NCBI GenBank assembly: GCA_965287045.1
Contig: OZ336882.1
Coordinates: 6,634,001 to 6,698,000 of the forward strand
Direction: 5' to 3'
Source of the DNA: Carcharhinus amblyrhynchos
Taxonomy: Eukaryota
DNA: 64,000 nt
The notes below the pieces were generated by a model, which searched no databases, was not told the DNA's origin, and was given only the letters and a program-made list of their open reading frames with translations. Below, piece by piece: positions 38,545-50,162 of the stretch. The first letter of the stretch is position 1, and each line of letters opens with the position of its first letter. Position numbers and translations under genes: made by a program.

Positions 38545-38940
38545 GCTCTTGATCCTTATTTAAGACAGTTTCCTATATCCCTCTATCTCTATTCTGCTCA
38601 TGTGCCTGTCTAAGTATCCCTTAAACAACTCCAGCGTGCCTGCTTCCACCACCTTACTTGGCAGTGCATTCCATACCCCCACAACCCTCTGTGTGAAAAA
38701 CCTCCCTCTAACATCCGAATTATACCTCGCACCCCTCACCCTAAGCCCGTGGCCCCTCGTAATATTTGGTTCCAATTTGGGAAAAAGCTTACCACTGTTT
38801 ACTCTATCTATACCCTTCATAATCTTATACACTCTATTAGGCCTCCTCTCATTCTCCGTCTTTCTAAGGAAAACAGCTCCAATTTGCCCAATCTTTCCAC
38901 ATAACGCAGTCCTTCCATACCAGGCAGCATGCTGGTAAAC
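38545..38940 (-). mobile_element. CR1 LINE 3' fragment (left arm of the head-to-head pair)
   Basis: ORF 38560-38832 YKIMKGIDRV...TRGHGLRVRG...FFTQRVVGVWNALP. Confidence 0.9.
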
Positions 38941-39420
38941 TGCCGGAGTTGAGGGGGTAGAGCTATGAGGAGAGGCTGAATAAACTAGGCTTGTACTCGT
39001 TAGAGTTTAGAAGAATGAGGGGAGATCTCACTGAGACGTATAAGATGATGAATGGGATGGATAGGATAGAGGTGGAGAGACTCTTCCCACTCAGAAAGGA
39101 TAGTAGGACTAGGGGGCACAGCCTCAAGATAAAGGGGGGGGCGGTTTAGAACGGAGTTGAGGAGGAACTTCTTCACTCAAAGGGTGGTGAATCTCTGGAA
39201 TTCTCTGCCCGTTGAAGTGGTGGAGGCTACCTCGCTAAATATTTTTAAGACGCGGGTTGATGGGTTTTTGATAAGCGAGGGGATAAAGGGTTATGGGGAG
39301 CGGGCGGGAATGTGGAGCTGAGCCAAGACAGATCAGCCATGATCTTATTGAATGGCGGGGCAGGCTCGAAGGGCTAGTTGGCCTACTCCTGCTCCTATTT
39401 CTTATGTTCTTATGTTCTTA
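38941..39420 (+). mobile_element. Young CR1 LINE 3' end with a (TTCTTATG)3 tail (right arm)
   Basis: SYEERLNKLGLYSLEFRRMRGDL...FFTQRVVNLWNSLP; tail TTCTTATGTTCTTATGTTCTTA. Confidence 0.92.
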
Positions 39421-40325
39421 TCTCTAAAGAGCAAGAGGAGAGCCAGGGAGAGGAATTCCCCACTCAAAAACAGGGCAGAGAATCTAAGCATGGAGCCAAG
39501 GGAAATGGGTGAGATATTAAATGAGTATTTTGCCTCAGTATTCACTAAAGGGAAGGACTTGGTGGACGATGAGTCTGAGGAAGGGTGTGTACATTGTTTG
39601 TGTCATGTTCACATTAAAAAGGAGGAGTTCTTGGGGTTCTTGAGAAACATTAAGTTGGGCAAGTCCCCAGGGCCTGATGGGATATGCACCAGAGGGAGCC
39701 AAGAGAGGAATTTGCTGGGGCCTTGAGGGAAATCTTTGTATCCTCATTGGCTGCAGGGAGGTTCCAGAGGATTGGGGAATATCCAATGTTGTTCCTTTGT
39801 TTCAGAAGGGTAGCAAGAATAATCCAAGTAATTACAGGCTGGTGAGCCTTACTTACATCAGTGGAAGGGAAATTATTGGAGAAGAGTTTTCGAAGCAGGA
39901 TTTACTCCACTTGGAAATAGGTGGACATATTGACGAGAGGCAACATGATTTTATGAACAGGAGATTGTGTCTCACAAACTTGAGCTAGTGTTTTGAGGAA
40001 GTGACAAAGACGATTGATGAGGGTAAGATATTGTCTACACGGACTTCAGTAAGGCCTTTGACAAGGCCCCTCATGGGAGATTGGTACAGAAGGTGAAGTC
40101 TCACAGGATCAGAGGTGAGCTGGCAAGATGGAATCAGAACTGGCTCGGTCATAGAAGACAGAGGGTAACAATGGAAGGGTGCATATCTGAATGGAGGACT
40201 GTGACAAGAAGGTATTTGGCATGCTTGCGCTCGTTGGCTGGGGCATTGAGTTTGAAGATTGGCAAGCCATGCTGTAGCTTTATAGAACCTTAGTTAGGCC
40301 GCACTTGCAATACAGTGTTGAATTC
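39421..40325 (+). mobile_element. Older CR1 LINE RT fragment
   Basis: EILNEYFASVFT, KSPGPDGI, VPEDW..NVVPLF.KG...NYRLVSLT and QHDF...CLTNL. Confidence 0.88.
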
Positions 40326-40665
40326 CTTCTTTCTTAAGTTTTCCTTCTTTTCCTTACCGAATGCTATATATCCCTTGACATCCAGGGTTCTCTGAACTTG
40401 TTGATCCCAATTGTTTTCGGTGCACTTAGTATTCACCTCTTTCTATAGTTTCAATTTTCCCCTATGTTTTTCATCCCTTTTGTTTCAATCCTATTGTTTT
40501 TCGCAAGCCCTTAGTTAGTTACATAGTTCTTTGACTCTACTCACTATTTGATAAAATGTTTCCCACGGCTGTACTTGAAATATTTCCATTCTGTCTACAA
40601 ATGTGGCCCTGAGCTTTGATCACTTGCCATTTGATGCTTGGTATCATTCTGAATTCTCTGAACTT

Positions 40666-40927
40666 CAGTAAGAAGTCTCACAACAACACGTTGAAGTCCA
40701 ACAGGTTTATTTGGTAGCATGAGCTTTCAGAGCGCTGCTCTTTCATCCTTCACCGCTCATCTGATGAAGGAGCAGCTTGAAGGGTGGTGAAGGGTGGCCC
40801 CATGCACCAGATGAATAAGCAGAGCTCCGAAAGCTTGTGCTACCAAATATACCTGTTGGAAATTAACCTGATGTTGTGAGATTTCTTATTGTATCCACAC
40901 CAGTCCAACGCCAGCATCTCCACATCA
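40666..40927. mobile_element. Palindromic Penelope-like-derived short element, second copy with a rearranged centre
   Basis: GTAAGAAGTCTCACAACA...TGTTGTGAGATTTCTTA inverted arms; CTGATGAAGGAGCAGC at 40761 and GCTCCGAAAGCTTGTG at about 40825. Confidence 0.75.
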
Positions 40928-41365
40928 TTCTCTCCTCCTCCATTTTTCGAATAAGTTCAACTGAACCTAGAGGAGCAGCAACTCATCTATTTGTTTGACT
41001 TTTTTCCGGCCTTCAGGACTGAACATCAAGTTGAAAAATTTCACATGATTATGACTGCTTCCATTTTTTAAGGCAGCAGCAAGGTTAACATACATTTCTG
41101 CAGTTTTTATCAAACGTATTGTTTGCGTTTAGCAAACTAATAAATCGCACAATTGTCAAGAACGATTATAATTTTTTCTTGGGGATTGTTTAACAAAAAA
41201 AGCCTAAAATTCTGGACACATGAAATACATGCAGAGAAAGTTGTAAGCAGATGAAATGCACCTGTAGAAGTATATCAGTGTGCCTATCAATCTGACAGGA
41301 GTACCTTTCTTTTCTTGCATTTATGTTTCACCATTAAGACGTTAACTTTTGTGTGATCTGCTCAC

Positions 41366-43807
41366 CTCGCGTAATGCATCGGACCAGTTGTTATTCAGCT
41401 TTGCGCTCTGCGATGAAACGGACAATGCGTTCCTCCCAGGAGTTCCAGCCATTTGCGGACTGAGAAACATTTCAGCTGGTTCCGGCGCTGAGCGAATTTT
41501 ATAACGGTAGGTACCTGAAGGTGAGCCATTTCCACGAACCTCGAGGATATTTGGAATTAAATTGGAATCCCGAACAATTTGAACATTGACATTTGAATTC
41601 TGATATTCTAATTCCCTGCTGCAGCAACAACTAGTAAGAGAACAAATCCGACCATAAGAGGGACCTCTGCCCGTTGGGCATATAGCCACAGCAAGCACAA
41701 TTATAACGACCAGCAAAAAAAGCGAAGTTACTCCCAAAGAAATTATTATATAAAAGGTTAATCTCTGTGAATTTTGGGAACTCTTGTGGGGTTCAGTAAA
41801 ATCCGCTTGAATGTTGATATTTTCTTCGACTATTGTCAAAGTAATAGTGGCCGTGGCGGAGAGAGCTGGATATCCATTGTCTTTCACTTGGATAAGTAGC
41901 GTTTGCATGCTGGCGTCGGTATCTTTAAATCGTCGAACACTTCTCACTTCCCCCGAATTGGGTGAAACGGAAAAGAGACCTGGATCACTGGCGTGCAAAA
42001 CTTGATATAATAATCGACTATTCTGACCTGAATCAGCATCCGAAGCAATGATTTTTGTTGCCAAATACCCTGGGTTTGCAGAGCGAGGCACACTTGTATT
42101 GGCATGCTTTCTTGATCCAGACGATATTATAACTGGAGGATTATCGTTTTGATCAAGGATAATCACATTCACAGCAGCATTGCTTGAAAGCATTGGCAAT
42201 CCCGCATCTTGAGCTTGAACATGGAGCTGAAAACTCTTAAGCTGTTCGTAGTCAAATTGACGCTTTGAATAGATGGTGCCATTTTCCGGGTTAATATAGA
42301 CATACGAAGACACCGGCAAAGCCTGAATCTGGTTCTGCACCATTGTGTAAGACACTTGTGAATTTTGGCCTACGTCAGGATCGAAAGCTGTCACTGATCC
42401 AATGGATCTACCAGGGACGTTGTTTTCTGTCACGTAAAATGTATATGAATTTTGCGTAAACCGCGGCGCATTGTCATTTATATCTGAAATTTGCACAACG
42501 ATTGTTTTGTTGGTGGCTAAGGGAGGGAATCCACGGTCCTTACAGGTGACCGTGATTTTATATTGAGGAGTGCTTTCCCGGTCAAGGACATTATTTGTGA
42601 TAAGTCTATATGAATTTTTAAAAGAAGATTTCAGGTCAAAGGGGACGTTTGGAGAGATTGAACAATCGGTATAGGCGTTGTTCTTGAAATCTTGGTCTGT
42701 AACGCTAATCAATGCTATTAGCGCACCAATAGGAGCATCTTCACTAATTGCACGCGAAATTGAATTCAATATCAAATCTGGAGGATTGTCATTGATATCT
42801 TTGATCTCCACTCGCACATTGCAGTGCGCAGATAATGGTGACGAACTACGATCCTTAGCTTCTACATCAATCTCATAAATACTGGCTTCCTCAAAATCCA
42901 ATATACCCTTTACCTGGATCTCCCCGGATGTTGAATTAATCCGAAATATTTTAGGTATGTCTTCTTCATTGTAACTACCAAACGAGTAGAGCACCTCACC
43001 ATTAGGACCCTCGTCCATATCAGTAGCATTAAGGTTAATCACCAAAGTGCCCGGTGGTACGTTTTCCATTAGACTGACAGTGTACAACGACTGCAGAAAA
43101 ACCGGTGCATTATCATTAATGTCCAAGATAGTAATGGTTATATGCGCGGTACCTGTCCTTTCTGGGAATCCACCGTCAAACGCCGTCAGCAATAAATGAT
43201 GTTTTGTTTGTTTTTCTCGGTCGAGAGTGCTCTGCAAGACTAGTTCGGGCACTTTCCGTTTTCGGCGACTCTGCACGTCTAAAATAAAATGGTCATTTGG
43301 AGAGAGCTGGTATGTGCGGATAGAATTGTTTCCTCCGTCAAGATCATGAGCGTGTTCTAAGCGGAAACGCGCTCCAGGCATCGCTGATTCCGCAATTTCC
43401 AAATGAATTTCACTGCTCGGAAAACTCGGAGAATTATCATTGATATCCAGAATCTCAATTTCCACGCGGTATTGCTCCACAGGATTTTCAATTACAGCTT
43501 CCAAAGACAGTAAACAGGTAACACTTTGTCCACAGAGTTGTTCCCTGTCTATTCTTTTATTCACAAATAAAATTCCATTCATGCGATTTACATCCAAATA
43601 TTGCAAAGACGAAGCAGACACCATTCGGAATCTACGGCGTAATAGTTCCTCCACGGGCAAACCCAAATCTTTGCCGATATCTCCCACGAAGACACCGTGT
43701 TCCAGTTCTTCGGGAATGGAGTAACGAATCTGCCCGGAAACCAGATTCCAGGCACAAAGCAGGAAGGTGGATGATATAAGCACCGAGCGACTGCCCGGTT
43801 TTGTCAT
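41366..43807 (-). CDS. Clustered protocadherin variable exon 4
   Basis: The 821-aa ORF has a signal peptide, CGQSVTC, six EC repeats, a TM and EVRGNGSPSGTYRYKI. Donor GAG|GTGAGC at 41366/41365 is phase 0 (814 codons). Confidence 0.96.
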
Positions 43808-44009
43808 TTCTTTTTCAGGTATGATTGTTCCAAACCTTACAAATTCTTCTGGCTGATAGCATTCTGCATCTTACGCCAAGTAAATCGTTCAATATGGAAA
43901 ATTAGATGAAACACGGAGAGGCCATGTGAAGAGGTGACTCGCCTTGTTCGTACAAACATCATCATTCCTTCTGCTTCCTTCAACGGATATTGGGGGATGG
44001 GCCATAGAT

Positions 44010-44088
44010 GGGTGGTGGATCACCAGCAGTATTTCATCTCCTTATTGGTACACAGCGACACAAAGAGTCTGGGCCTATAACTGCACTG
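44010..44088 (-). promoter_or_regulatory. Pcdh promoter CSE for exon 4
   Basis: ATTGGTACACAGCGACACAA at 44044-44063 (one mismatch). The upstream module reads exactly TGCAG on the minus strand (44081-44085). Confidence 0.9.
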
Positions 44089-46019
44089 AGAAAATACCAA
44101 AGCTGAACAACATTGAAAATAACAAAATTGTGACTTTTTGGTTATTTTTCTCACAGATCATGAATGTATTTTGCAACGGAGTTATTGCACAGCTATTCCT
44201 ACGAAGTTCTATTCATCTTAGCGACAGGAAATAGTTAAATGACAGGAATAATTCAAATTATTTATGCGGCTTACATAGCATATCTTAAAACTTACATCGT
44301 AAAAAATCCAGACAATTTAATAGCATGCCCTTCATTTAAAGCACTATCTATTCAAATGACTAGTATATTTCAACACTAGAAAATAAAAGTCAATGTCAAG
44401 TTCAACATTTTCTTCACTTTTATTTGAAAGACAGATTAAAACTGTAATTATTTTCGAGTTTGTTTCAAACAGTTATGTTGTTAATATTTAAAAATGCATT
44501 TTCATCTGTAATTATATATATATATGTAATTATATATATTCGTGTCTACCTGAGGGTGAGAAGACTCATTAGAACATGGAACTTGTACTATGTCACAGGG
44601 TTTCAAATACAGTTGAGATATGTCTGTGATATGTCAGTTATATCTGTGCTATACCAATTATATAATATCTGTTTCGTGGAATTAATGTATCCTAATCAAA
44701 CTTCACAGAATTACAGACAAGTTCAAGTGTAAAACGTTACATTTGAAAACAGGAAGCATTAAATCATTACAACTAAATGGTTCACAGTATATGGTGAAGT
44801 ATGATGACAACTTTAGTATATTAATTAATCTTAAAACATTTGTATTTCACGTATTTCTTGTTTTGATATGTTCGATACACCTCATTGCCAAGTCTTTTCA
44901 ATTACTATTTCCTAAGTTCAAATTGCCAATGTAAACTTTCCACGTTGTAATTACACTAGACATCCTGAGGTAGCGCCATAGTGGTTCAGTTGAGCAAATC
45001 TCAGCTCCTGTCCAGAATGGTAGATAAACCATTGTACTCCAAAAATGCCTATCTGTTATTTATGCCCCATTTTAATATTTCATTCCAAATAATGAAATAA
45101 AAAAAAGTATAGTACCAGAATAAGGGTACTTCTAATGACTCTAAATGACAGTGAATTATATCTGTACATCTTGATTTTATGATCCCCTAATCTATATTCC
45201 AATTTTAAGGTAGAATCATTTGGTCTTAAATCCCACGTGCAAAGATTAAGTTATTTATAATAAACTTGCTAGACACGTACCAAAGTTGCAGATTCAGAAA
45301 AGTTTCGGCCATCAAGTTTTACACGAGGACAAGCTTGTTGTAAAAGCCGAAAACACATAAATATTCCAAAGTAGCTTGTTACTGAGTACAAAAAACCTGT
45401 CAGTGATAGAAACAACAACGTTTTTGTTTGACTGTACATGCCATTTCTAGTCATTTCAAGTGAAAACAATTATTACAAGATTTTTTCAAAAATCCATCAA
45501 GACCAGAAGAAGAGTGCCGAAAGCCTGAGTTTTATTTTCCCTCCAAATTACTGAAAAAATTAGATAGAATACAACTTGCAGTATTTCGAATGATCACGGT
45601 CGTGCAATATATGTGTAGAAAGTCTTTAATTCTTTAATTCTGTTCAGAACTAAATCTGAGTTAACACAGACAATCCTACATTTTACACATATTAAAATTC
45701 GACTCTATTATCTGGCTTTGTTTCATCAACCTGGCACAACATTTCAGAACAGGATCACGTAGGAGGTAAGATAGGGGGAGGACGTGGAAGCAGATACGAT
45801 AATGACTCTTAGAGGGCGTCTTGACAAATACACGAATAGGGTGGGAATAGAGAGATATGGCGCCCGGAACGGTAGGGGTTTTTTAGTTCAGTCGGACAGC
45901 ATGGTCGGTTCAGGCTTGGAGAGCCGAAGGGCCTGTTCCTGTGCTGCAATTTTCTTTGTTCTTTGTAAATTATGTTCCTAACTATTAACTAGTTTGTTTT
46001 GAGCAAATCTATCCAAACT

Positions 46020-46950
46020 ACATTGAAATATAGCAATAACTGCGCAACAATCTTATTCTGGTTGTCATATTTGTTATCACAACGTTTTGTTCCCTTGGAC
46101 GCTCTGAATTGTACTTGCATATTTAAAAAAAAACGCAAGTTGATCCATGCTTTATTTACGACATCCTGCCAGTGAGTTAGCTAGAGTTTCAGTTTTGTCA
46201 ATATGGAACCAGCACCCACGCTGGATTAGGGATAAACTATCGTCATCACACTAAGGACTCTCGCGAAAACCATGTAAAACCGTGGTCAGTGGGATAAATT
46301 CAGAAACAATGTATCTGATTAAAATTGCGCTTTCACGCGCCGCGGCAGGCCATCAACAACAAAATTGTACGACACAATTACTGCCGCATTATCCTGCATT
46401 GTTCAACCATAACATCAAAATAGCGCACTAACCTTAGTTCGAAGACGACGGAAGAAGTGCATGCCAGCATCATAATAGCTAAATATGAAAAGAAAGCCTT
46501 TTTACGTTACAATATATGATTGCATGAATGTTAAACAGAGCAACAAAAAACATGCCGAATGACATGTCAATCCTCAATGACATTCCCACAACTAATATTT
46601 CAGATTAAATATCTGCTGTACTTCCCCAACAAGTCATGAATGCCGGTGCGCAATTACACAGCTAAAGGTATAGGAGATACTCCGAGCGTTTCCATTGACA
46701 ATGACGCAGTGGCCCAACTTGTCAGTGTACAAGATAAGGCTGATTCATTTGCAACCAGATGTATGCAGGATTGCAGATCAGCGATCCATTCCAGTCTCCT
46801 CCTGAGGTTGCCAGATTGAAAGATGCCATACTTTAACCAAGCAAATTCACTCCATCTGATGTCAAGAAATGGCTGAATGACCTGCCCCCAATTCCCAGCT
46901 GCAATGCGGAACGTTTGTCCATCAGAACTATCTGCACCAAGCCGTCCAAG
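46020..46950 (-). pseudogene. Decayed Pcdh relic C (EC4-EC6)
   Basis: In order on the minus strand: HLVANES...CTLT...PIPLAV (compare YMLVTNAL...YTLN...IIPLEI), NCAPAF...TADI*SE (compare NDNAPRF...TAYVSE), DNAAVIVS...LPR (compare DNAPVIVS...VPR), and AAGTACAATTCAG...GAACAAAACG at 46081-46117 (compare exon 1 KHNSGEIRTKR). Confidence 0.55.
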
Positions 46951-46959
46951 CACACCTAC

Positions 46960-48080
46960 TTGAATCCCCTTCACTGACACTAGTGCTTCTTCGAATACAT
47001 TCTTGTATTTATCCAGAAGGCGCTTTGGCATCGACCAGTCTGTTGACAGCACTTCAGTTAAGTTTTGTCTCCTCCAAACTTGACCTCCGAAATAGAATTA
47101 GCAAATTACTATGGAACGCATGGAGGGACAACTCCACTGTTTGCTACATCGACCATGGTGTAATCTTTTAATGTCATGATCTCTTCCTTGTATGTCATTA
47201 AAATCCCATCAGCCCGTTATAAAGGAAGAAGTTCGAGTTTTTGTTGGCATGTAATCTCAGTCATTAAAGGTACAGCAGCACTAGTATCACCATCCATCCT
47301 AATAGATTGTCCACTTCAGAATCACACAGAATCTATCTGATGTATCCAAAATGGACAAGACGTTCAGTTGGAGCTCTTTATCATATTTCTGGCCATTCTC
47401 TTCTTCACAGTACTCCTTGTTCAGTGTTGCAGATTATATTTATAGAATGCAATTTGTTCTTCTTGAAGATACCGAGATTCTTCTTCTGAATATTCTTCTC
47501 AGGGGAAGCCAACCTATCCCACCAAGCTTTGGCAATGTTACCCATTTTGCCTCAATTCTTAAATCTGCTATCCTTGCTCCAGCATTCACTCACTGAAAGG
47601 TCCATTTTGGCACATGTGCGATGTGCTTGTTACTGTTTTGAGTTCTTATGGGCAATTCGCAACTTGTGGACCTTCATTTCTGCACAAAATTGTAAATCCT
47701 CAATGCAACGAGTTCCATTGACACTGCAATTTTTATTGATGTCTTTAAAGTCAGAGCATATTTAGCAATATCACAATCTTCTTTGGATAGTCTAATTTTG
47801 GAGACCAAAATGTAGATGATCTCGAACAGCATCCTCTAATGACTCACCAAACTCACAATGTTGTGCCTGCCCTTTTAAATATGCCACAACATGAGCAATG
47901 CTTTTGCCTTCCAATTAATTCCTTCGATGGAATCTTCAATGTTGATCATTGGCTTTACAGAGTACTGTTCTTCAAGGATCATTGTCAAGTTAATGTAAGC
48001 TTTAGTTCCTGGTTTTGCTGTGTGAACCAATCTCCAGAACACATTGACGATTTTACTTCATATTGTGCTTCTCTCTCAAA
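46960..48080 (-). mobile_element. Degenerate Gypsy-like gag/protease fragment
   Basis: KRLLDKYKNVFEEALVSVKGIQV resembles the protease-RT junction and is also similar to positions 70-150 of the first Gypsy. A zinc-knuckle-like HIAHV remnant lies near 47610. Confidence 0.55.
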
Positions 48081-49501
48081 AGTTCCTGAGTCTTTTGGAA
48101 TTTTCTTCCACAAAAGGAAGTGGCGGCAGAGTCTTTGAATATTTTCAGGTAGAGGTACATAGATTATTGATGAGTGAGGGATGAAAGGCTATCGTAGGTA
48201 GACTGCAATGAGGCTACAATTAGATCAACTATGATTTTTAAATTGTGGGGTGGGCTCGAAGGTCAGAATGGGTTACTCCTTCTCCTAATTCACATGCCAT
48301 CAACTAGAAAAAAAAATCCTGGGCACAAAGTGCAAGGGTATTCTAATCAGGTGAATTACCATCGTTCCAACCTACTTACAATTATTAGCACATGATACGT
48401 GGCTCCAGCCCTCTTTGCAGCAAATAAGAACAAGAGACCAAAATTCCAGAGTCATGACAAGAGTGACAGCTTTTGACATCAAAGCAGCCTTTGGTATCAA
48501 GGAGCCCTCGCATTATTTAAGTTAATGACAAACTTCACTGGCTTGAGTTATGGCTGTTCAAACGGTTGTAGTCATTGGAAATATCTCAACCCCAGAACGT
48601 TCTTCGGGGCATTTCCCTAGACCCAACCATGCTACTTTGCTTCAACAGTGACCTTCCACAGGAACAAAATAAAATACAGAAACAAAATAGGTCAAATGTA
48701 CTGAATGAACACTTCACCTTAAGGTCAGATATAAGGATATTTGCTAATGATTGTACAATACACAGATATAACAAAACAGTCCAAGCCTGCATGCAACATG
48801 CTTGAGGTAACATTATATTTCGGCTGACAATTGGCAAATAACGTTCAAGCCAGAAAATTGATTAGTAATGATTATCCCAAACAGGTGGCGAAGCATTTTT
48901 GTTTCACTTTTAACAGAGATCACCATTATTAAATCCCCCAGGATCAACAACATGAGTGTCACCATTTACCCAAAATGGGGGAGCCACATAAATGTTTTGG
49001 CGCTATGACCATGTCAAAGAATGTGAAGCCTGAGGGACGTAACACACATCCTGATTCTCTAAATCTTTTTATAAAGCATATCTACAAATCACAAGTCAGG
49101 TGTAGAATGGAATGCCCTCCTGCTAAATGGATATGAATAAATACTCCTGACTGCTATCTCCTAAAAGATACGATAAATGAGTTTTATATGCAATGCTTCC
49201 AATTAAAATAAGCTCCACCTGGCCTTCTTCACTCTCTTAGCTCCTTTCAGTTTTCAAAGATTTACAGTAAGAAAAATTATTGCGAATAGCTGAAATACTG
49301 TTTCAGAATATTTCATTACATTGTCTCAAGTAAAAGTGGGTCGAAATGGTAACGAACTTAACACGATTAACTTGGAAAAATAAGTCAGAAATTGAGGTAT
49401 ATCAGCACCTGATCGTTAACTCCGACTGGGCTAATTGCTCTGCATCAGCGCAAATTCCATTTCTGAGCTACATTGGCTTTGTTTCAATGCATAGCACTTA
49501 C

Positions 49502-49908
49502 CTCATTGATGTTATGAGGCCAGTCATTGGTTACTTTCCCATCACATTCAGATACAGCTGTTCTCTTGTTCTCCCGGTTCGTACCTGATGTTTTTAGACA
49601 GAAGGGTCTGAAAACCATGAACTCGGTTGTAGCTCGTGGCGCCGAATGAACTCTATATTGGTATGCATCTGGAAAGGATCCATTCCCGCATACCTCAAGG
49701 ACATTTGCAACAACTTTATGATCAAGCTTGATAATTCTTCCCCGTTCAGTCCCAAATCTTCTGCGATTTTTCCTACGGATGCACCCCAGTCCTGTTCTTC
49801 GGGAATGGAGTAACGGATCTGCCCCAAAGTCAGAGTCCAGACACAAAGCACAAAAATGGACGATATCGCCGGCACGCTTAGTGTCCATTGACTATCTGAT
49901 CGTAACAT
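49502..49908 (-). pseudogene. Internally deleted (mini) protocadherin variable exon: signal peptide plus EC1 start fused out of frame to the cytoplasmic end
   Basis: ORF 49594-49908 begins with a signal peptide and QIRYSIPEEQDWGASVGKIAEDLGLNGEELSS. ORF 49484-49888 ends NVLEVCGNGSFPDAYQYRVHSAP...WPHNINE|VS. The junction is near 49726, donor GAG|GTAAGT at 49502/49501 is intact, and so is the promoter at 50120. Confidence 0.92.
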
Positions 49909-50085
49909 TTCTTCTGCAGAATAAATGTGTTCGAAGCGCGTGAATGAACTGTTGACCGATATTTTGCATTATCATGTTATTCAGGGCAAGCTTAGAGAAA
50001 CTGGAGGTGTGGCGGATGAGATGTTGCATTTGGTTTGCGTAAGCGCTACTGATACGTTTACATCCTCCCTTTGATGTGACTGGAT

Positions 50086-50162
50086 GGGTGGTGGATTACT
50101 GGCTAGATTTCTTCACCTTATTGGTAGACAGCGACACAAAATGTCATAGCCTATAACTACAT
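50086..50162 (-). promoter_or_regulatory. Pcdh promoter CSE for the mini exon
   Basis: Perfect ATTGGTAGACAGCGACACAA at 50120-50139, plus GGGTGGTGGAT and CTATAACTACA blocks. Confidence 0.9.
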
